NCBI GenBank assembly: GCA_024720975.1
Contig: JANJXX010000003.1
Span: 68,555-132,554 of the forward strand
DNA: 64,000 nt
Source: Thermoproteota archaeon
GTDB taxonomy: Archaea; Asgardarchaeota; Njordarchaeia; Njordarchaeales; Panguiarchaeaceae
Reading direction: 5' to 3'
Positions within the stretch are counted from its first letter, which is position 1, and the number at the start of each line of letters is the position of its first letter. The notes beneath the pieces are model-generated. The model worked only from the letters and a program-made list of their open reading frames with translations. It was not told the DNA's origin and made no database searches. This document shows positions 56,607 through 64,000 of this stretch, in pieces. A program made the position numbers and the translations under genes.

Positions 56607-57998
56607 CTATAATGTTTCTATTAGGACCTGTTGTTTTGGACCAATTTCCGGTCTCCAACCATAACTGAAAACTATATTCTCACCGCTGCGGGCTAGGTTT
56701 CTTTTTATGAGCTCCTTTTTCATCGTCTCAAAATCAGGCATGGACTTTGTGTAGATTGGTTTTGCTCCCCATATAACGTTCAAGTATCTTGAGGTCCTCT
56801 TAGAATTTGCAAAGCCGTATACAGTGATTTTTGGTCTAAACCTCACTATTGCCAGCACGGTTCTACCATATGTCGTATACACTGCTATTTTGGCGTTGAT
56901 CATATTGGCCAGTGCTACTAATCCCCTGTTAAATTTAACGTACGTTGGATCATCCTTATCCGCTTTTAATTCACTGAGCTCGATATGTTCTTCTGCTTCA
57001 CTAGCTATCTTCGCAACGGTTCTGACTGCATTTATGGGGTCATTACCTATAGCAGTTTCGCTACATAGTATGACGCCATCAAAACCTTTCGCTACCAAAT
57101 TTGCGAGAATTACTGCATCACTTCTCTTTATCTTTGAGTTGAAGACTAAAGACTCTAACATTGGAGGTACAACTAAAATTGGCTTTAGGGTCTTCAGGGC
57201 TACTCGAATGGCCAAATCTTCTAGGAACATATCCGAAATAGGTCGTTCCTCCTCGACTAGCATATTTTCGATATTTTCCTTTGCAAAAACGATTCCATCG
57301 CTTTTTTCGGCGATTGCTTCTAGCTTGGGTAGAGCTTCAGCATTTTCAATTCTAGCCAGAATACGAACATCTTGTTTATACGTGTCTAGAAAACTTCGAA
57401 CAACTTCTAGATCACTTGGATCAAGAACATCGGGTATCATTAAAATATCTATGTCTCTTTTCATCAGAAAATCTATTATTTTCTCATCCTCACGAGTTAT
57501 AGGAGGTAAGTTTAAGAGGGATTTTCGGCGAAGAGCTATGCGGGCGCTTGATCTAAGAATACCCCCATCTATTACTGTCCCCTCAACTTCAAAGTCTTTT
57601 ATATCATCTACACGAATAGCGATCCTACCGTCAGCAAGAAGTATTCTATCATTTGGACTTATAATCCTGGTTGGAATCTCATATGGTACCGGAATCACGT
57701 GAGTTTCCTCACTTCTTTCAGTGCCAAATTCTAAGACAACTTTTTCTCCGGGATCCAGACGCGTCTCCGGCATATTACCTATTCTCAGCGTGCGCCCCTT
57801 GATCTCTGCAATGATGGGTATAGGCTCCTCTAGTTCATCCTCAATTTTTCTTATGGACTTTATTATCTGATCCTTCTCGTCTAGTGATCCGTAGACCATA
57901 TTTATCCTAAAGGCGGAGACTCCAGCTTTTATCATTTCATATATCGTTTTTAGGTTGCTTGATGATGGACCTAATGTTGCAGCTAACTTTATTTTCAT
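56607..57998 (-). CDS. Pyruvate kinase-fold protein with divergent active-site motifs
   Basis: KIKLAATLGPSS, FRINMVYGS, AEIKGRTLRIG, LARIENAEAL, SDGIVFAKENIEN, PPMLESL, GFDGVILCSETAIGNDP and a C-terminal alpha/beta domain. Collinear with E. coli PykF throughout. Confidence 0.7.
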   Translation of the reverse strand: MKIKLAATLGPSSSNLKTIYEMIKAGVSAFRINMVYGSLDEKDQIIKSIRKIEDELEEPIPIIAEIKGRTLRIGNMPETRLDPGEKVVLEFGTERSEETHVIPVPYEIPTRIISPNDRILLADGRIAIRVDDIKDFEVEGTVIDGGILRSSARIALRRKSLLNLPPITREDEKIIDFLMKRDIDILMIPDVLDPSDLEVVRSFLDTYKQDVRILARIENAEALPKLEAIAEKSDGIVFAKENIENMLVEEERPISDMFLEDLAIRVALKTLKPILVVPPMLESLVFNSKIKRSDAVILANLVAKGFDGVILCSETAIGNDPINAVRTVAKIASEAEEHIELSELKADKDDPTYVKFNRGLVALANMINAKIAVYTTYGRTVLAIVRFRPKITVYGFANSKRTSRYLNVIWGAKPIYTKSMPDFETMKKELIKRNLARSGENIVFSYGWRPEIGPKQQVLIETL

Positions 57999-58004
57999 AG
58001 TATT

Positions 58005-59498
58005 CTACCAGTAAATTTCTCTTTCAAAAAGGGAGATAAGCTCTTCCTCTATGCCTTTCTCCTCCATTTTAGCAAGTATATACATGCACGTAAGAGGCCC
58101 AGTTCCGCTTTCTTTCAGAGCTTTGTTAAGTAACTCTCCCGTTTTTTTAAGTGCCCTCACAGCAGTTCTCAGGGTGACTATGGGTCTGTATCCAGAAAGA
58201 ATCATTTTAGACACAACGAATGGAACATTACTGAGTGCTAGGTTTCTTAGTGCACATGGAACTTCAACAAATCCCATAAGAGGATCGCAGGCAAGTCCTT
58301 GTATAGCTTGTAATGCGATAGAAGCCGCGTCTAAAACCATTTTTGACCTTACTTTTGGTTCCTGACTGCCGGCGAGCAGGTCGACAATCGCTGATGCCGC
58401 CATGGCGAGGGAAACACCTATCTCTGCCTGGCATCCATGTAGAGATCCTGATAACGACATATTATTACCAATGAAGCCACCTATCAGACCTCCAACGTAG
58501 ATTCCATTCGTTATTTCCTCAATGCTAAGACCAAATTCTTCCATAGCCGCTCTAAGAACCGCTGGGAATACACTTGAGGCTCCGCCTGTTGGAGCACTAA
58601 CAACGATTTCCATTTCAGAATTACGTACAGCTACATTCAGTGCATAACTAAGAACTCTTGAGTGAAGATCATCATTTGAAAAACCCTTCATTGGAATCTC
58701 GTGCCTGAGGAACTTGGAGTATCTTAAGCTATCCGGGGGGCTGCTCGTAGAGTTATACATAACATCCCAAAGTTCCCTGATAATTCTTCTGGATTCCGTT
58801 ATGATGCTAGATTCCCTGTAGGCTACATACTCGCCAACGGTTCCCTCTTTAACTTCTTTGAGGATAATCTCATCAGCATTTTTAAGAAATTCTGCTCCGG
58901 AATTTATGTCTTTTTTTGAGAAAGGAAGCCTATCTTCCAAATGATTCAGAGTGTCAGCTGATAGGTAGATCCATATCGGTATCGATTCTGAAAATAAATT
59001 TGCTAGTACATCTTTCATATTATTCTTAATATTTGGAATGTTTAATATACCGCCTCCAATAGAATCAAACAGCGCGTTGGTGACACCATAGGTGAGCTCC
59101 AGCCTCCACACTATATCCTCATCTTCTAGACTGCTAAATGCTACCTCGAGTGAGTGCGTTAGATCGTATTCATTTTCATTTTCAAATGTTCGCTTAATCT
59201 CTGAGAAGACCTGTCTTCCCTTGTCAGAAAAATATGCACCAAGTAGACCTAAGATAAGTGCTCTAATAGATCTATGTCCTATGAAGGAATACATCGTTTT
59301 TGACGGATTCTTACACGATATTACGATTCTAAGCTTTTCTTTTAATAAGTCTAGTGTTATGTCCTGACCTAGATTTGCCAGGTAATTGCGGAATATATAT
59401 CCCATTACGAGCGGGGCCGCTGAATGAGAACTCGAAGGCCCTACTATGGGTTTCATCACTTGATGAACTGTCCAAACGTAACTCATGAGAGCACCCAC
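58005..59498 (-). CDS. sdaA: Iron-sulfur L-serine dehydratase (fused beta/alpha type)
   Basis: VGPSSSHSAAP, SAPTGGASSVFPAVLRA, LHGCQAEIGVSLAMAA, LACDPLMGFVEVPCALRN. Confidence 0.8.
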   Translation of the reverse strand: MGALMSYVWTVHQVMKPIVGPSSSHSAAPLVMGYIFRNYLANLGQDITLDLLKEKLRIVISCKNPSKTMYSFIGHRSIRALILGLLGAYFSDKGRQVFSEIKRTFENENEYDLTHSLEVAFSSLEDEDIVWRLELTYGVTNALFDSIGGGILNIPNIKNNMKDVLANLFSESIPIWIYLSADTLNHLEDRLPFSKKDINSGAEFLKNADEIILKEVKEGTVGEYVAYRESSIITESRRIIRELWDVMYNSTSSPPDSLRYSKFLRHEIPMKGFSNDDLHSRVLSYALNVAVRNSEMEIVVSAPTGGASSVFPAVLRAAMEEFGLSIEEITNGIYVGGLIGGFIGNNMSLSGSLHGCQAEIGVSLAMAASAIVDLLAGSQEPKVRSKMVLDAASIALQAIQGLACDPLMGFVEVPCALRNLALSNVPFVVSKMILSGYRPIVTLRTAVRALKKTGELLNKALKESGTGPLTCMYILAKMEEKGIEEELISLFEREIYW

Positions 59499-59634
59499 GG
59501 ACTTTTCCTATTCGTGAAAATTTAACTTTATTGAAATTTGAAGTATAAGCATCCTTTCTCTACCTTTAACTTAATCAAAAGTTCTTCAAGGACTTAAAAA
59601 TGATCGAGAGACTCTAAGGCCCCAACTTCAGGAC

Positions 59635-60105
59635 TTATCTCAAAAATCTTAATTCCCTGTACATGGGGTCTTTCCTAAGTGCATCTAATAATTTGTTAAG
59701 AGCGACTACATATCGACAGAGTTTTTTGATCTCCTCCTCTGTAATTGCATAGGCGAATTTACAATACTCAAAGTCTACTGTGCATGTTCCATCAACCTCA
59801 ATAATTGGATATAGTCTACACCCAATTGGTTTATGTTTATGGATTTCGCAAAGCCCGCGTTCATTCAAGAAGACGCACTTTCCGTTAACATTTTTGAGAC
59901 GCCAGAGTCCGTTATTAAACTCCATAAAATGCTCTGGCTCGTAGCCCAACCTTACGATTCTCTTTATGTCGTCTATTGTTAGTGGCATCTCCGTCTCTAA
60001 GCAGCAATCGAAGCATTTGTTGTTAGTGCATAAAGTTCCATCTAGAAGGCTCACACAATTACACCAGACTTTAGATAATTTACCTGAATAGTAATAGTAT
60101 TTCAA
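59635..60105 (-). CDS. Cys-rich YkgJ/UPF0153-like zinc/iron-chelating domain protein (tentative)
   Basis: 156 aa. Cys cluster CNCVSLLDGTLCTNNKCFDCC, plus later CVFL..GLCEIH..PIGCRLYP. Confidence 0.45.
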   Translation of the reverse strand: MKYYYYSGKLSKVWCNCVSLLDGTLCTNNKCFDCCLETEMPLTIDDIKRIVRLGYEPEHFMEFNNGLWRLKNVNGKCVFLNERGLCEIHKHKPIGCRLYPIIEVDGTCTVDFEYCKFAYAITEEEIKKLCRYVVALNKLLDALRKDPMYRELRFLR

Positions 60106-60138
60106 AATCTTTCATCTGAATTAGTTATTGACTTCTTG

Positions 60139-60969
60139 CTAGTAGTTAAGTAGCCTTCTAATTCTAAAATTATGATACAAACGCGACACAACCGCCACCA
60201 CTATTGATGATGTAATAATTGATAATGCTATCGTTGCGCCGATCGGTAAGTCGAAGTAGAAGCTCACAAGAACACCGAAAATACCAGCAGCTGATCCAAC
60301 AAGAGCCCCTACTAGTGCTTGCCTTCTATGTGTCACAGTTGTTGCTGAGACAGCTGGACCAAATATCATTGAGAAGAGTAATAGCCCCCCAATGAATCTT
60401 AGCATTACGGAGATTATACCAGCTGAAAATACTATGAGGGCCATTGCATGAAACTCTATATTAATGCCCTCTGATTCGGCTAGCCTTGAGTCAAATAATA
60501 ACGAGTTCAATTCAAGACGGAAGGCCCTAGTATAAATGAGCATTGCGGCTAGTATTGCTAGAAGCAGTATAATCTTGCCTAATGTTATCACAAGAATACT
60601 TCCCCAAAGCAGTAAGCTAGCTATATCACTCGTTAGTAACATTGTAGGGGTTAGATAAATAGCTATTATCGCCACTGCCGAGGAAAATGAGAATAAAAAC
60701 ATCGATGCCAAATCTCTTTCGACGTTAAATTTAGCATGAAGTGTTTCTATAGTCATTGCAATAAGAATTCCGAAAGCAAATGCGAGAATTTCGACATTAC
60801 AACTCATCATTATTGCTATTGAAGCTCCAGCTAGGGCTCCATGCGCGACAGCGAAGCCGAGAGTTATCAATTTCAACCTTTGCAGATATACGCCAAGATA
60901 GCCGCATATACCACCGGAAACGCTTGATGCTACTATCGCCTCGAGTAGAAGCGCTATCATGAAGTCCAT
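60139..60969 (-). CDS. ABC-3 family metal (Zn/Mn/Fe) transporter permease
   Basis: 276 aa, 8-9 TM, ZnuB/TroC-like profile. Overlaps the upstream ATPase gene by 13 nt. Confidence 0.7.
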   Translation of the reverse strand: MDFMIALLLEAIVASSVSGGICGYLGVYLQRLKLITLGFAVAHGALAGASIAIMMSCNVEILAFAFGILIAMTIETLHAKFNVERDLASMFLFSFSSAVAIIAIYLTPTMLLTSDIASLLLWGSILVITLGKIILLLAILAAMLIYTRAFRLELNSLLFDSRLAESEGINIEFHAMALIVFSAGIISVMLRFIGGLLLFSMIFGPAVSATTVTHRRQALVGALVGSAAGIFGVLVSFYFDLPIGATIALSIITSSIVVAVVSRLYHNFRIRRLLNY

Positions 60970-61646
60970 TTTTCATCAACAATATGGCCATCTTTGAGTT
61001 TAATTATTCCGTCGACCAAGTCTTCTAATGGTTCAGTGTCATGGCTAACGACAAGAATTGTAGTTTTGTATGAATTTCTAATGTCGTATAGGAGCTCTGC
61101 GAATTCTCTTCTAGATTCCCTATCAATGCTTGAAAAAGGTTCATCGAGAAGTAATAATTTGGGCCTTCTAATCAGAGCTCTAGCAAGCATAATCCTTTGC
61201 TGCTGACCGCCACTTAGTGTCCCAAATGGCTTATCAATGATATTATCAATGCCCAATAGTTGGAGCACATTTTCCACAAGATCTTTCTCCCATTCGCTCA
61301 AACCATCAAAAGGCTTTTTGAATGGAGCCAAACCCATAAGAACAACCTCTAATGCGGTGTATGGAGTTTCTGGCGGTTTCATAAAATTTTGCATAACATA
61401 ACCGCACATTCTCCGAACTCTCATACGGTTCTCGGGCATCTTTAAGCCAAGAACGTATAAAGCTCCTCGCAGTGGCTTTAGAAAGCCTATGATAAGCTCG
61501 AGAAGTGTCGTTTTCCCGGCTCCATTTGGTCCTGTAATCAAGACAAAGTCTCCTTGAAGCACAGTGAGATTTATGTTACTTAAAGCTACGTCATTACTCT
61601 TAGGATATGCTGTTGAGACATTATACATCTCTACGGCATATTCCAA
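60957..61646 (-). CDS. Metal ABC transporter ATP-binding protein (ZnuC/TroB-like)
   Basis: Walker A ITGPNGAGKTT, signature LSGGQQQR, Walker B LLLLDEPFSSID, H-loop VSHD. Confidence 0.85.
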   Translation of the reverse strand: MEYAVEMYNVSTAYPKSNDVALSNINLTVLQGDFVLITGPNGAGKTTLLELIIGFLKPLRGALYVLGLKMPENRMRVRRMCGYVMQNFMKPPETPYTALEVVLMGLAPFKKPFDGLSEWEKDLVENVLQLLGIDNIIDKPFGTLSGGQQQRIMLARALIRRPKLLLLDEPFSSIDRESRREFAELLYDIRNSYKTTILVVSHDTEPLEDLVDGIIKLKDGHIVDEKWTS

Positions 61647-61750
61647 ACTAAATTCACCAAGCTAGATTAGAGCGCAGACTCATATATTATTCCAGAGGTT
61701 TTATTTATAGTTATATTACACACGCTTAAGCAAGATAGAATTAACGAAAG

Positions 61751-62737
61751 GTGTCACTTGTGGGAGATATAAGATTATCTACATTTATACTGGTAATTCT
61801 AGTCTGCCTTATTCCTTGCTATGGATTTGTTCATACTGATCAGAGCAACTCAAAACCCTTAGTAGTGGCAACAACATCGGTGATATCAAGCATCGTAAAA
61901 GATCTGGCCAGCGATGCCCTAAATGTTGTGTATATAGTCCCTCCTTCACTCTGTCCCGGACACTACGATATTAGACCCGGCGATGTCGAGTTAGTTAGAT
62001 CGGCAAATCTTATACTAAAACATGGTATCGCAGGCGAATTTTGGTTAGATACGCTAATAAGCAAGGCAAATGAAAGCGGAGATTTGCATGTTCCAGTGGT
62101 TTCAATTGGTGGAAGCTGGAATACACCTACTGCAGCAAGAGCTTTGTATGAGAATGTAGCACTAGCAATCCAGGATCATCTAGGAATCGACGTTTCTCAA
62201 AGATTAAATTCATGCCTACAAGCGATAAATAATACGGAGGCCGAGCTTATGAAATTGGCCAGTGAGAATCAATTTATGGGTGTTCCAGTTGTCGCTATGC
62301 TGTGGCAAAAGCCTTTTGTAGAATTCCTCGGATTTAAAGTCGTCGCAACATATGGTCCACCCGAAAAACTGAGCGAGAGTGACATTGCAAAGATTATAGA
62401 AAATGCTACAAGGGAAAATGCTAAGCTTGTAATAGATAACGTCCACAGTGGAGTCTCTGTAGGAGAAAAAATAGCTACCCATGTTGGAGCAGTTCATGTA
62501 GCGCTAATAAACTTTCCGGAAATTTTACCTGAGGCGAATAATCTGACAACAATGATGATCTACAATGCAAGACTTTTGGCAAATGCTATTAATGAGTATG
62601 AATACCGACTTGAAATCCAACGATTGAAAGCAACAAATGATTTGCTAGTTCAGATCGCGATATCCATTGGGTTAATAGCCGCCGTTGAGACTTCATTGAT
62701 ACTAATGATAGTAATGAGAAGGAAGCGACAAACATAA
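61751..62737 (+). CDS. Cluster A-1 (ZnuA/TroA-like) metal solute-binding protein with C-terminal TM anchor
   Basis: N-terminal anchor/signal, VVATTSVISSIVKDLA, PPSLCPGHYDIRPGDV. C-terminal TM LLVQIAISIGLIAAVETSLILMIV plus RRKRQT. Divergent from the ATPase-permease pair. Confidence 0.7.
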   Translation: MSLVGDIRLSTFILVILVCLIPCYGFVHTDQSNSKPLVVATTSVISSIVKDLASDALNVVYIVPPSLCPGHYDIRPGDVELVRSANLILKHGIAGEFWLDTLISKANESGDLHVPVVSIGGSWNTPTAARALYENVALAIQDHLGIDVSQRLNSCLQAINNTEAELMKLASENQFMGVPVVAMLWQKPFVEFLGFKVVATYGPPEKLSESDIAKIIENATRENAKLVIDNVHSGVSVGEKIATHVGAVHVALINFPEILPEANNLTTMMIYNARLLANAINEYEYRLEIQRLKATNDLLVQIAISIGLIAAVETSLILMIVMRRKRQT

Positions 62738-62743
62738 GTTATT

Positions 62744-62760
62744 AGAAGCTTTCTGCTTCT
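62744..62760 (+). terminator. Small hairpin 7 nt after the solute-binding protein stop
   Basis: AGAAGC tttct GCTTCT (6-bp stem) in a T-rich context. Confidence 0.25.
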
Positions 62761-62870
62761 TGACACACGTAAAGATACTTAATTAAGGAATCAGCTCTAA
62801 ATTTTTACATAATTTTCTGTATATATTTTAGCATATATTACTACATTTTTTGAAGATGCCATTAGACTTA

Positions 62871-64000
62871 ATGGTGAATCTTATGGAGAGGGTAACAAAG
62901 GAAGAATTAATAGAGAAATCTAAAATCTGGAGTAGCATTGCCGAGAAGCTGCATAAGTTCTACAGAGGCAAAGTGATGGTATTACCAAAGTGCGCAATAG
63001 AGAGCTACGATGATTTTGCTTGGACTTATACACCAGGCGTTGCTGAGCCATGTAAGATCATAAAGAACAATGTAGAGACCGTATGGGAGTATACAAACAG
63101 ATGGAATTACGCTGCCATAGTCAGCGATGGTTCCAGAATACTAGGACTTGGCGATATAGGACCTGAAGCTGGATTACCAGTTATGGAAGGAAAAGCACTA
63201 CTATTCAAATATCTTGGAGGTGTTGATGCATTTCCACTTGTAACAAGAGCCAAGACAGCTGAAGATCTAGTAAAGTTCTTAGAGTGGATAGAACCCAACT
63301 TTGGAGCAATAAACCTGGAGGATATAGAGAAGCCCAAATGCTTCGATGTCTTGGAGGAGGCTAGAAAAAGGCTTAATATCTGTGTTTGGCACGACGACCA
63401 GCAGGGAACGGCAACTGTTGTCTATGCTGCGCTTAAAAACGCATTAAAGATCGTAGGAAAGAAACTTAGCGAAGTAAAAATCGTGTTTTTAGGATTTGGA
63501 GCATCAAACAAAAAATGCGCAGATGTCCTTATACTAGCTGGAGCGAAGCCGGAGAATATGGTAATTGTAGATAGTGCAGGGACACTAGGACCTCATAGAA
63601 AAGATTGCATAGGAACATACAAGGAATGGTGGTGCTATCATACAAATAGGTGGGGAATTGAGGGCGGCCTCAAGGAGGCGCTAAAAGATGCCGACGTTTT
63701 TATCGCCATGAGCCAACCTGGTCCTGGAGTAGTTAAAAAAGAAGAGATGGCTCAAATGGCACATGACTCTATAGTATTCCTATGTGCGAATCCGATACCC
63801 GAGGCATGGCCTTGGGAAGCAAAGGAAGCCGGTGCGCGAATAGTAGCGACAGGTAGGAGTGATTTCCCTAATCAAGTTAACAATTCTCTTGGATTTCCTG
63901 CTATTTTCAGAGGTGTTCTAGACGCCATGGCGAGAACCGTAACAGATGAAATGTGCTTAGCAGCCGGCGATGCAATTGCTGAATATACTGAAAAACACGG
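62871..64000 (+). CDS. NAD(P)-dependent malic enzyme (short prokaryotic type); partial, continues past the window end
   Basis: Absent from the track because it is open-ended. Manual translation: (MVNL)MERVTKEELIEKS...YTPGVAEPCK...AAIVSDGSRILGLGDIGPEAGLPVMEGKALLFKYLGGVDAFPL...EPNFGAINLEDI..P.CF...VWHDDQQGTATV...FLGFGASN. Start is the ATG at 62871 or 62883. Confidence 0.88.
   Translation, partial: MVNLMERVTKEELIEKSKIWSSIAEKLHKFYRGKVMVLPKCAIESYDDFAWTYTPGVAEPCKIIKNNVETVWEYTNRWNYAAIVSDGSRILGLGDIGPEAGLPVMEGKALLFKYLGGVDAFPLVTRAKTAEDLVKFLEWIEPNFGAINLEDIEKPKCFDVLEEARKRLNICVWHDDQQGTATVVYAALKNALKIVGKKLSEVKIVFLGFGASNKKCADVLILAGAKPENMVIVDSAGTLGPHRKDCIGTYKEWWCYHTNRWGIEGGLKEALKDADVFIAMSQPGPGVVKKEEMAQMAHDSIVFLCANPIPEAWPWEAKEAGARIVATGRSDFPNQVNNSLGFPAIFRGVLDAMARTVTDEMCLAAGDAIAEYTEKH

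Noticed and set aside
56824-57702. 292-aa plus-strand ORF
   Set aside because: Antisense to the pyruvate-kinase-fold gene; the Ser-rich low-complexity translation is a shadow ORF.
63107-63337. 76-aa minus-strand ORF
   Set aside because: Antisense to the malic enzyme reading frame, which has strong family motifs.
1-64000. Scan for tRNA, rRNA, CRISPR arrays, integrases, transposases and provirus-like blocks
   Set aside because: No GC-rich cloverleaf-like segments with T-arm GTTCRAATC motifs were found. No regularly spaced direct repeats were seen. No ORF shows integrase, transposase, capsid or Cas motifs. The window appears to be core chromosome.

Overview
AT-rich, gene-dense chromosomal segment that looks archaeal, probably a thermophilic crenarchaeote/TACK lineage. 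The basis is a ribosomal protein L13e domain, an XPD helicase, a two-subunit class I fumarase, NikR, a TtuA-type tRNA thiolase, frequent GGTGA ribosome-binding motifs with TTG/GTG starts, and tightly abutting or overlapping genes. I support about 50 protein genes. No rRNA, tRNA, CRISPR array, integrase or transposase was seen. Housekeeping content includes H+-pyrophosphatase, fumarase, L-serine dehydratase with a divergent pyruvate-kinase-like gene, malic enzyme (3' partial), agmatinase-family enzyme, amidohydrolase, two MFS transporters, a PadR-controlled ABC-2 exporter and a Znu/Tro-type metal ABC system. The unusual content is in the envelope genes. (1) A two-gene module encodes a 1686-aa Ig/FN3-like surface protein translationally coupled to a protein of at least 1328 aa (it runs off the 5' window edge and is absent from the ORF track), built from nine tandem LEA_2/WHy-like repeats. 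(2) A 1988-aa gingipain-type (C25) peptidase is fused to a very long sequon-dense beta-helix-like stalk and coupled to a polytopic membrane protein. That pair lies downstream of an HD protein and a membrane-anchored AAA+ ATPase. Other notable points are a DMT/EamA transporter fused to an Lrp/AsnC RAM domain next to a stand-alone RAM protein, and a GC-rich island in an oversized convergent spacer carrying an exact RNase P CR-I-like 13-mer. There is also a PadR gene whose first wHTH helix lies upstream of any canonical start codon. All family calls come from motifs read by eye, with no database search, so names are hypotheses graded by confidence.
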